From: an uncultured Flavobacteriales bacterium
GTDB lineage: Bacteria; Bacteroidota; Bacteroidia; Flavobacteriales_D; Crocinitomicaceae
Assembly: GCA_913020765.1 (NCBI GenBank)
Contig: CAJWAO010000003.1
Location: forward strand, 64 to 64,063
Direction: 5' to 3'
DNA: 64,000 bases
In this document: positions 29,138 through 36,832 of the stretch, piece by piece
Position numbering within the stretch: the stretch's first letter is position 1
How the letters are laid out: every line of letters begins with the position of its first letter
Position numbers and translations under genes: made by a program
The notes under the pieces: generated by a model
Database searches by the model: none
What the model saw: the letters and a program-made list of their open reading frames with translations, nothing else
What the model was told of the DNA's origin: nothing

Positions 29138-29956
29138 GTGCTTATTGTTTTTACCCCTAGGCTGATTCATTTTTATTCAGAGCCAGAAATCATTCTTACG
29201 GTTGAGGATGTAAAAAGGATAAATGAGCAACAATTGATTCCGAAAAAAGTACATGAACAGATCAAGGAACGACAGCGAAAAAAACAATCAAAATATAAAT
29301 CACCACCAAATCGATTCGATCCGAATACATACGGTAAGGAGGATTGGATGTATTTGGGTCTTTCTAAAAAACAAGCGGAGGTTGTCATGAAGTTTATTAA
29401 GCCGGGAATATTTTCAAATGATGCTTTCGATAAGATTTATGTATTCCCAAAAGAGCTGATAACTTTAATTAAGGACTCAACTTTTTATCCGGAAACTTCT
29501 CGAGCTATAATTGAATCAGAAGATATTATTCTTTCTAATGATGAGATTCAACTCAATCAAATTATAGAATTGAATAGTATTGATTCCTTGCAGTTGGTTT
29601 CACTTAAAGGCATTGGCCCGTTTTATGCCTCTCAAATTATAAAGTACCGCAAAAAAATTGGCGGGTTCTACAGTATTGAACAACTTCTTGAGGTTTGGAA
29701 AATGAGACCTGAAACATACGAGATATTGACTGAACAGGTCTTTATTGATAGTGATAAAATTCAAAAATTACGACTGAATACAATATCTTTTGAGGAACTC
29801 TACAAACACCCCTATTTGAGTTATGCCCAAGCAAACTCAATCGTTAAGATGCGGACACAGTTAGATGGATTTAAGACAGTATCGGGCATAAAAAAATCAA
29901 AACTCATAGATGCAAAGACTTTTGATAAGCTGCTGCCTTACCTCATCCTTGAATAA
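29138..29956 (+). CDS. Helix-hairpin-helix (ComEA-like) domain protein; start codon uncertain
   Basis: Two HhH-like units (LKGIGPFYASQIIKYRKK.GGF.SIEQL and ..YAQANSIVKMR). The first canonical start is GTG 29138, but the frame is open from 29069 and encodes SKKTRRGLVVFFVLAVLIVF upstream of it. Confidence 0.6.
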   Translation: MLIVFTPRLIHFYSEPEIILTVEDVKRINEQQLIPKKVHEQIKERQRKKQSKYKSPPNRFDPNTYGKEDWMYLGLSKKQAEVVMKFIKPGIFSNDAFDKIYVFPKELITLIKDSTFYPETSRAIIESEDIILSNDEIQLNQIIELNSIDSLQLVSLKGIGPFYASQIIKYRKKIGGFYSIEQLLEVWKMRPETYEILTEQVFIDSDKIQKLRLNTISFEELYKHPYLSYAQANSIVKMRTQLDGFKTVSGIKKSKLIDAKTFDKLLPYLILE

Positions 29957-30014
29957 GTTTTTTAAAAATTCCGTTAAAAATTTCTAATCCCCTAAACCTT
30001 CATTAAATTTGCAT

Positions 30015-30545
30015 ATGCTTTTAGAAGATAAGCTTAAAAATATAATTAGAGATGTCCCTGACTTTCCAAAGCCGGGCATTCTTTTTAAGGATATTTCCAC
30101 AATTATGTTGGATCCCGAGCTTTCTCAGGAGGTAATTACTCATTTGGCTCGCAATTACAAAAATCAAAATATTGATGCAATCGCGGGCATTGAAAGTCGT
30201 GGTTTTTTGTTTGGGTATCCGTTAGCAATTGCGCTTAAGGTTCCATTTATTTTAATTCGTAAAAAAGGAAAACTGCCCTACAAAAAGATTAGCTATTCAT
30301 ACGACCTTGAATACGGAAGTGCAGAAATAGAAATGCATGAGGATGCCGTTGTTGGCGGTCAAAATGTATTGATCCACGACGATCTTTTGGCCACGGGCGG
30401 TTCAGCTGCAGCCGCTGCAGAGCTTGTCAAAAGATGCGGTGGTTCAATAGTAGGATTCAATTTTTTAGTAAACCTTAGCTTTCTTAGAGGAGACGAAAAG
30501 CTGAAAATATATAGTAACAATATTGTAAATTTGGTCTCCTATTAA
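30015..30545 (+). CDS. apt: Adenine phosphoribosyltransferase
   Basis: FPKPGILFKDI, and the PRPP motif VLIHDDLLATGGSA. ATG 30015 is preferred over the track's TTG at 30009. Confidence 0.9.
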   Translation: MLLEDKLKNIIRDVPDFPKPGILFKDISTIMLDPELSQEVITHLARNYKNQNIDAIAGIESRGFLFGYPLAIALKVPFILIRKKGKLPYKKISYSYDLEYGSAEIEMHEDAVVGGQNVLIHDDLLATGGSAAAAAELVKRCGGSIVGFNFLVNLSFLRGDEKLKIYSNNIVNLVSY

Positions 30546-30567
30546 GAAATAATTAATCATTAGATAT

Positions 30568-31707
30568 ATGAATTTTGAGCAAAACGAAAATCAGGGCATG
30601 ATTGCACAAATGGTCCGTGACTTTGCCGAAAAGGAGATTAAGCCGAATATGAAAAGCTGGGATGATCATGAAGTATTCCCTGTAGAAACTATGAAAAAAC
30701 TTGGCGAACTCGGGCTCCTCGGTATTTTTATACCAGAAGAATATGGTGGTTCTGGTTTTGGTTATGCGGAATATGCGACCGCATTAATGGAGCTTGGTAA
30801 GGTTTGTGGCGGAATTGGTTTGAGTGTTGCAGCCCATAATTCTTTATGTACCGGTCACATTTTTTATCATGGAAACGAGGAACAAAAAAGAAAGTATTTA
30901 CCGAAGTTAGCTAGTGGTGAATGGATTGGGGCATGGGGGTTGACAGAGGCAAATACTGGGTCAGACGCCATGCGTATGAAAACGACAGCAGTTAAAGATG
31001 GTGACCATTGGGTGTTAAACGGGACTAAAAATTGGATTACACACGGTTTATCAGGTGATGTGTCCGTTGTTTTAATTAGAACTGGTGACCTATTAGATAG
31101 CAATGGGATAACCGCATTTATTATTGAAAAGGGAACACCAGGGTTTTCTGCAGTAAAAATTAAAGAGAAATTAGGCGTTCGTGCGAGTGAAACCGCTGAG
31201 CTTATTTTTGATAACGTGCGCATCCCAGATTCTAATGTTATCGGTGAGGTGGGAGCTGGCTTTAAGCAGGCGATGCAAATTCTGGACGGTGGAAGAGTAT
31301 CAATTGCTTCATTGAGCTGTGGTGTTGCAAGAGGTGCCTATGAGGCTTCTTTAAAGTATGCTAAAGAGCGAGAGCAATTTGGTAAACCAATTTCTCATTT
31401 TCAGGCCATTGCTTTCAAGCTGGCAGATATGGCTACCGAAATTGAAGCTGCGGAGCTATTGACTTTTCAAGCGGCATTTCTAAAAGACAACAAAAAGCCA
31501 GTTACCAAAGCTGGAGCTTATGCCAAATATTATGCATCTGAAGTTTCTGTAAGGTGCGGAAATGAGGCTATTCAGGTGATGGGTGGTTATGGGTATACCA
31601 AAGAATACCCTGCAGAAAAGTTTTTAAGAGATGCAAAGCTGATGACCATCGGTGAAGGCACATCGGAAATACAGAAAATTGTAATTTCTAGAGAAATTTT
31701 GAAATAA
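30568..31707 (+). CDS. Acyl-CoA dehydrogenase (short/medium-chain type)
   Basis: 379 aa. GLTE...GSD, NG.K.WITHG, QFGKPI..FQ, and EGTSEIQ at the C-terminus. Confidence 0.85.
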   Translation: MNFEQNENQGMIAQMVRDFAEKEIKPNMKSWDDHEVFPVETMKKLGELGLLGIFIPEEYGGSGFGYAEYATALMELGKVCGGIGLSVAAHNSLCTGHIFYHGNEEQKRKYLPKLASGEWIGAWGLTEANTGSDAMRMKTTAVKDGDHWVLNGTKNWITHGLSGDVSVVLIRTGDLLDSNGITAFIIEKGTPGFSAVKIKEKLGVRASETAELIFDNVRIPDSNVIGEVGAGFKQAMQILDGGRVSIASLSCGVARGAYEASLKYAKEREQFGKPISHFQAIAFKLADMATEIEAAELLTFQAAFLKDNKKPVTKAGAYAKYYASEVSVRCGNEAIQVMGGYGYTKEYPAEKFLRDAKLMTIGEGTSEIQKIVISREILK

Positions 31708-31711
31708 TTTC

Positions 31712-31741
31712 TTGTAAGAACTAGAAAATAACCTATCTTTG
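31712..31741 (+). promoter_or_regulatory. Candidate Bacteroidota sigma-A promoter for rpsU
   Basis: TTG (31712-31714), a 19-nt spacer, then TATCTTTG (31734-31741), which matches TAnnTTTG. It sits about 31 nt upstream of the rpsU ATG. Confidence 0.45.
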
Positions 31742-31772
31742 CCCACCGATATCAATTAAATATCAAAAGAAT

Positions 31773-31964
31773 ATGTTAATTATACCAATTAAAGAAGGAG
31801 AGAACATCGAAAGAGCGCTTAAAAAGTACAAGAAGAAATTCGAGAAAACAAAAGTTATGCTTCAATTACGAGGGCGTAAGCAATTTGAAAAACCTTCTGT
31901 TACAAAAAGACAGCAAATCATTAGAGCGTCTTACAAACAAAGAATGCAATCATTGGAAGGGTAA
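31773..31964 (+). CDS. rpsU: 30S ribosomal protein S21
   Basis: 63 aa, very basic. ...IERALKKYKKK.....V...LR.R..FEKPS..KR matches bS21. Confidence 0.9.
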   Translation: MLIIPIKEGENIERALKKYKKKFEKTKVMLQLRGRKQFEKPSVTKRQQIIRASYKQRMQSLEG

Positions 31965-31990
31965 CCTTATCACAAAATATACGTTATTGA

Positions 31991-32015
31991 AAGGAGTCAT
32001 TAGACTCCTTTTTTT
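31991..32015 (+). terminator. Intrinsic terminator after rpsU
   Basis: 8-bp stem aaggagtc (31991-31998) / gactcctt (32003-32010), loop atta, and a T5 tract (32011-32015) running directly into the ATG at 32016. Confidence 0.6.
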
Positions 32016-32894
32016 ATGTTCGAAAAATTCATTTCATACCTCAAATTTGAAAAGCGTTATTCAGTGCATACGCTGAAAGCTTATCAGCGTGATTTATATG
32101 ATTTTGCGAGCTATGCGGACATAGAGAAATTAAACGAGTTTTCTGAGCTTAGCGCTTCTTACATTCGTTCTTGGATTGTTCATTTGATTGAGAATGGCCT
32201 AAAAAATAGATCTGTAAATAGAAAACTTGCTTCGCTACGAAGTTTTTATAAATGGTTGGTGAAAGAACAATTTATTGAATCTTCTCCTATGGTAAAGGTC
32301 AATGGCCCAAAAAGTGAAAAGCACTTGCCACAATTTGTCAAAGAGTCTGAATTGAAAATAGAAAAGCTTAAAGGATTATTTGAAGATGATTTTGAGGGCA
32401 AAAGAGATGCTTTGATGTTTGAACTTTTTTACCAGACTGGAATTAGATTGAGTGAGCTTATAAATCTGAAACTTGACGACGTTCAGCAAGCTCAGATCAA
32501 GGTCATAGGTAAGCGGAATAAAGAGCGCATCATACCTATTTCAAAATGTCTAAAGAACCAAATAGAAGAATATGTAGAATTACGTCGAGAAAAAACACGA
32601 AAAACAATTGAATTACTCGTCCTTGAAAGTGGCAATAAACTCTATCCTGCATTTGCTTATCGAAAAATAAATAGTTATCTTGGAAAGGTAACGACTTTGG
32701 ATAAAAAGAGTCCTCACGTGTTGCGTCACACTTTTGCAACACACATGCTTAACCGAGGTACGGGACTTGAGACCCTAAAAGATTTACTCGGTCATGCAAA
32801 TTTGTCTGCGACTCAAATTTATACCCATAATTCGTTTGCAAAGTTAAATTCAATTTATTCACAAGCCCATCCGCGTGGGCGTAAAACCAATTAA
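32016..32894 (+). CDS. Tyrosine recombinase, XerC/XerD-like
   Basis: 292 aa. N-terminal SAM-like domain (..Y..YL..E...S..T...Y..DL..F). Catalytic region with R (GIRLSEL), HVLRHTFATH, LGHANLSATQIYTH. Confidence 0.8.
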   Translation: MFEKFISYLKFEKRYSVHTLKAYQRDLYDFASYADIEKLNEFSELSASYIRSWIVHLIENGLKNRSVNRKLASLRSFYKWLVKEQFIESSPMVKVNGPKSEKHLPQFVKESELKIEKLKGLFEDDFEGKRDALMFELFYQTGIRLSELINLKLDDVQQAQIKVIGKRNKERIIPISKCLKNQIEEYVELRREKTRKTIELLVLESGNKLYPAFAYRKINSYLGKVTTLDKKSPHVLRHTFATHMLNRGTGLETLKDLLGHANLSATQIYTHNSFAKLNSIYSQAHPRGRKTN

Positions 32895-32897
32895 CCT

Positions 32898-33185
32898 ATG
32901 GATACTCGAATGCATGCAGTTCATTTTAAAGCAGACCAGAAATTATTGAAATTTATTCAAGAGAGGCTAAACAAATTAGAACAGTTTAATGATCAAATTG
33001 TATCAGCTGAGGTTTTTTTAAGATTGGAAAATGACCGTGATAAAGAAAATAAAATTGCTGAAATAAAACTTCATGTTCCCGGGAAAGATTTGTTTGCTAA
33101 AAAGCAGTGCAAAAGTTTTGAAGAGGCTACCGATGTCGCTGTGGAGGCTCTCCGAAGACAAATCATGAAAGATAAGACTAGATAA
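32898..33185 (+). CDS. hpf: Ribosome hibernation promoting factor / RaiA family (short form)
   Basis: 95 aa. ...FI.ERL.KLE.F.D.I...EV.L.........K..EIKL..PG..LFA......FE.A.D.A...L.RQ. Confidence 0.8.
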   Translation: MDTRMHAVHFKADQKLLKFIQERLNKLEQFNDQIVSAEVFLRLENDRDKENKIAEIKLHVPGKDLFAKKQCKSFEEATDVAVEALRRQIMKDKTR

Positions 33186-33713
33186 TTGATTTTTCGTTTT
33201 CTTCTTTTCTTATTTTGTTTAATTCTATTACCTGTTTTCAGTCAAGAACTATCTTCAGATGAGCACGAATTATATCGGCTAATTATGGAGTATAGAGCTT
33301 CAAAAGGCCTCCCCAAAGTTGCTTTGTCTCAATCATTGACTTTGGTAGCTCAATTGCACAGCAAAGATTTATCAGAAAATAGGCCCGATCAAGGGGAATG
33401 TAATGGGCACAGCTGGTCCGACAAGGGTGAATGGACCGCCTGTTGCTATACATCAGACCATGCTAAGGCTTCTTGTATGTGGGATAAGCCAAAGGAGCTA
33501 ACGCGCTACAAATTTCCAGGTTATGAAATTTCTTGTGTTGGCGGAGCGCCACTATCTCCCTCATTAGCCTTGGATACTTGGAAGAAAAGTAAACACCATA
33601 ATGCTGTGCTTGTCAATAGAGATATTTGGGAAGCGCCCTGGAAAGCAATCGGTATAGGCATGTATAAAGGTTACGCCACCGTGTGGTTTGGCCATGAACC
33701 TGATACTAATTAA
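33186..33713 (+). CDS. CAP (SCP/PR-1-like) domain-containing secreted protein
   Basis: TTG start immediately after the hpf stop. Signal peptide ..PVFS|QE. Motifs E...L.N.YR...GL..V.LS..L...A..HS.DL....GH.W....H....L. Confidence 0.65.
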   Translation: MIFRFLLFLFCLILLPVFSQELSSDEHELYRLIMEYRASKGLPKVALSQSLTLVAQLHSKDLSENRPDQGECNGHSWSDKGEWTACCYTSDHAKASCMWDKPKELTRYKFPGYEISCVGGAPLSPSLALDTWKKSKHHNAVLVNRDIWEAPWKAIGIGMYKGYATVWFGHEPDTN

Positions 33714-34107
33714 GAATTTCTCTATTTAAAAGTTCCAAGTACTCAAAAGAATATGGTGTCAATTGAAACAATAGGTGCAGTCTGTTGTGCTCATTTAAAA
33801 TCATAAGGTCCTCAATTACAGCATATGACTCCATATAGGCATGGTAAAAATCTTGAACAGTCTTTCTTGTTAAGGATTTGATAAAAGTGACAACCTGCTC
33901 TTGTTGTAAAGATTCTGGAGCGTCGATATCAACGGCATCTTCATTCAAATTATCTACAATATAGTGGCTCAGATACTCGGCACAGGAAATCAGAGATTGC
34001 CTTTTGATTTCAGTTGGGATATACTCCCTTGCCTCTTCGCATAGTGTATACTCATCAAAACCCATGAGGTATTCTCGGAAACGTTCGTTTTCAGTCAGTA
34101 ATTTCAT
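33706..34107 (-). CDS. Hypothetical acidic cytoplasmic protein
   Basis: 133-aa ORF with no signal peptide and no recognised motif. Confidence 0.4.
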   Translation of the reverse strand: MKLLTENERFREYLMGFDEYTLCEEAREYIPTEIKRQSLISCAEYLSHYIVDNLNEDAVDIDAPESLQQEQVVTFIKSLTRKTVQDFYHAYMESYAVIEDLMILNEHNRLHLLFQLTPYSFEYLELLNREILN

Positions 34108-34207
34108 AATGTGATTTTAAACCACAAATGAACAACACATTCTAGTAAAGTAATTACGACCTAATAAGAGGTTTTCACATTTATACAGCTAGTGTTGACG
34201 ACGAAAA

Positions 34208-34921
34208 CTATTTAATAGTGTAGGTTAATCCAACAACTAAGCCTCCAGAGATGGCCTGTGTTGGTTCATGCGCGGGGTACCAAAATCCTGGATTTTCATT
34301 ACTTCCTAAAGATAATCCTTCACCATCTACTCCCATCAGATCCTCGAAGCTATACTGAAGTCGAATGCCAAGCAGCAGACCAAGAGGCAAATCGCCGAAG
34401 GCTATTTTTGAGCCGAAACCCAGTACGCCAGAAATGTATGAGGAGGCATATTCATCGGAAACATCCTTGGACTCATCAAAGCCAATACCAATAAGTTCTC
34501 CTGAGCGATCAAATTGTGCACTCGAAATATTGGTAAGCTGCGGACCTATTTCAATATAGGCACCTTTGTCACTTTGAAATTTCAGTAATAACGGAATTTG
34601 AATCGTTTGTAATTTAATATTTGAAGTGTAGTTTCCAGTTGGCACATCATTTAATGAATAAATTCCGGTATATGCCGCATTGTGTGTGGTATATAAAAAC
34701 TCAAGACCAACACCCGTCATTCCAAAATAAATATTCCCTGCTACACCGTAGCTTGAACCCCACGCAGGTGCGTAATCTTGAGATACACCCTGATCTGAAA
34801 TATTTTTATTTACTAACCATGTTGAGTTAGCTAATCCTTTTCCTTGAACGTCAATGGCAAATTGTCCAAAAGACGAAAGACTTAGGAATAAAAGGAAGAA
34901 TAAAGAAATGATATTTTTCAT
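34208..34921 (-). CDS. Outer-membrane beta-barrel protein (porin family)
   Basis: Signal peptide ..LSSFG|QF. Gly/Tyr-rich alternating strands. The C-terminus ...GLTYTIK is beta-barrel-like. Confidence 0.6.
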   Translation of the reverse strand: MKNIISLFFLLFLSLSSFGQFAIDVQGKGLANSTWLVNKNISDQGVSQDYAPAWGSSYGVAGNIYFGMTGVGLEFLYTTHNAAYTGIYSLNDVPTGNYTSNIKLQTIQIPLLLKFQSDKGAYIEIGPQLTNISSAQFDRSGELIGIGFDESKDVSDEYASSYISGVLGFGSKIAFGDLPLGLLLGIRLQYSFEDLMGVDGEGLSLGSNENPGFWYPAHEPTQAISGGLVVGLTYTIK

Positions 34922-35165
34922 GATCGTTTTTTAAAATGATGTTGCGAAAGTAGAACAATTGCATCGCATATGCGAGGGGTTAATAATTTATTTTTCTGAA
35001 GTAAGCTTTTGAAGAACGCCTCGGTCGACAGCATCTTGAATGATTTTATCAAGACTATTAACCATTAAGAGCATTATTAGTTTATAAATGATTGTAAGAG
35101 AGTTAATGACGCAAAAATAGTGAGTTTATTTTACAACGTGGCGTACATTAATTTTGTTTGGTAAT

Positions 35166-36767
35166 TTATTGCTTGATAATTTTCTGCGTAAATTGACCTT
35201 GCTCATTTTTTATAGTGACAAAATAGGCTCCCGGGCTAAGTTTATTTATGTCTAGTTGGACTGACCCATTATGTGTAAAAGTATTCATTTGTAGTTGTCC
35301 ATGTAGGTTATGGATTTGAATTCGACTATTTTCTTTACACGCTATGTACAGCCTCTCTTTTGCTGGATTTGGATATATTTTTATTAAATCAGTGGATCCA
35401 AGAGAAGCAACCGAAAGGTCGTCTTGAGCGCAGTCTCCTGGCATATTCGCATCCATCCAATTTAGCCTATTCGTAATCCAACTAATCATTGTACTGATTT
35501 CTTCTTCATAGGATTGAGGTATTGGATCGGGCTCAATCCAAATAGATTCGCCAATAAAGTAGTCCCATTTTTCAAAGTTTCTTTGAAGCGCCTCAGATAA
35601 GTAGGTGGTATCTTGTGTGATCCAGTCTACAATACTGTCTGTGTGCATAAAGCTTTGTCTAAATTCTGTCCATCGACATTTCAGACGGTTCTGAAAAACA
35701 GGGTCCTCCATCATGTTTTGCCACCACATTGGCATAGATTCGAGGTCCCAACAATCTTGATTTTGAAGATAGGTCCAACCACTAGGAATATTATTGGAGC
35801 ATACCAAAGATACCCCATAGGTTTGGTCAAAGTCCCAAATAGGTCCGGCGACCAACTTACCACCTTTGCTGTCTTTATCTTTATGTACATATGAACTCAG
35901 CTTATATCCGTCAGAATTTTTGCTAAACTCATTGATCAATAAAAAGTCCGTGAAGGAATTAACATCGATATATTCTGTATAACGAATACCTGCATCGTTG
36001 GTGTAATTATTGTCAAAAAGCGCATCCTCAAAATTTCCCATCCAACCTTGAATATATAATGCTTGTTGTGGTTTAATTTTATCTGCTTTTGGATAGTACC
36101 ATTGATAAAACATAGGGTTTCCACCTTGCGAATTGTAATTAGATTCAAAACCTTGTGGGTCATCCAACCAGTCCATTCTCAAAATATATCCTCCTGTTAA
36201 AGAATCCCCGGCCAAATCATCCTCGTCTAGTTTTGCAATATCGACACGGTCGTCGTCTCGTTTTATTTTTTCAACTAGAATATAGGTTCCTCTGTAATCT
36301 CCGTTTAGTACAAGCTCAACATATTTATATTCTGATGCATATTGACCCATTCTTTGAGCCAAGTAAAAGCTCATCGGAATGCGTACTTGTGATTTATCAA
36401 TCACCATAGCATGAAGGATCCAATCTTCATCACCTCCCATTCCAAAAAGATTTACACTTGTATCCTCATTTGCTGAGTTTCTTAATTCAAGAGAGTATGT
36501 TTTTTTATCAAACCCTTGAGTGGAGTTTCCACGCGTTTCTATAGCAAGGTTGCTACTGAGATAATTGAACGGGGTATTGATATAATTTAAACCTCCGTTT
36601 GTATCATATATGATTCCGATGGTTCCCTCTATTTTGGGTTCGTCAGGTATTTCATCTTCAGTCGTGACCACAACTATGGGGAGATTAGAGCTCGTAAGCT
36701 GCGCTGACACACAGGCAATGAATTGAAAAGAAATAAGTAGGTTGATAAGTTTATTTGAGTGCAACAT
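35166..36767 (-). CDS. CotH kinase family protein with a T9SS type A C-terminal sorting domain
   Basis: Motifs KKTYSLELR, DEDWILHA, VELVLNGDYRGTYILVEKIKRDDDRVDI and WDFD are CotH-like. C-terminus IKIYPNPAKERLYI...LSPGAYFVTI....QKIIKQ. Confidence 0.75.
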   Translation of the reverse strand: MLHSNKLINLLISFQFIACVSAQLTSSNLPIVVVTTEDEIPDEPKIEGTIGIIYDTNGGLNYINTPFNYLSSNLAIETRGNSTQGFDKKTYSLELRNSANEDTSVNLFGMGGDEDWILHAMVIDKSQVRIPMSFYLAQRMGQYASEYKYVELVLNGDYRGTYILVEKIKRDDDRVDIAKLDEDDLAGDSLTGGYILRMDWLDDPQGFESNYNSQGGNPMFYQWYYPKADKIKPQQALYIQGWMGNFEDALFDNNYTNDAGIRYTEYIDVNSFTDFLLINEFSKNSDGYKLSSYVHKDKDSKGGKLVAGPIWDFDQTYGVSLVCSNNIPSGWTYLQNQDCWDLESMPMWWQNMMEDPVFQNRLKCRWTEFRQSFMHTDSIVDWITQDTTYLSEALQRNFEKWDYFIGESIWIEPDPIPQSYEEEISTMISWITNRLNWMDANMPGDCAQDDLSVASLGSTDLIKIYPNPAKERLYIACKENSRIQIHNLHGQLQMNTFTHNGSVQLDINKLSPGAYFVTIKNEQGQFTQKIIKQ

Positions 36768-36832
36768 AGTACAAGGTTTAGAGACTTTGAACGGATAACG
36801 TTTTTTAATTGATTTGGTTGCTAGAGTGATAC

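Noticed and set aside
31885-32076. 63-aa ORF bridging the rpsU 3' end and the recombinase 5' end
   Set aside because: It runs through the rpsU terminator hairpin and overlaps two well-supported genes in other frames, so it is spurious.
32016-32894. Tyrosine recombinase as a marker of an integrated mobile element
   Set aside because: It sits between rpsU and hpf, an arrangement I recognise as a conserved housekeeping block in Bacteroidota. There are no flanking direct repeats, no adjacent tRNA, and no cargo or phage-like genes on either side.
34964-35074. 12-bp palindrome TCGCATATGCGA (34964-34975) upstream of the porin gene, and a 28-aa minus-strand ORF (34988-35074) in the 244-bp intergenic region
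   Set aside because: The palindrome is short and unique in the window, so an operator role cannot be supported. The mini-ORF (MLLMVNSLDKIIQDAVDRGVLQKLTSEK) has no recognisable family, promoter or conservation evidence available to me.
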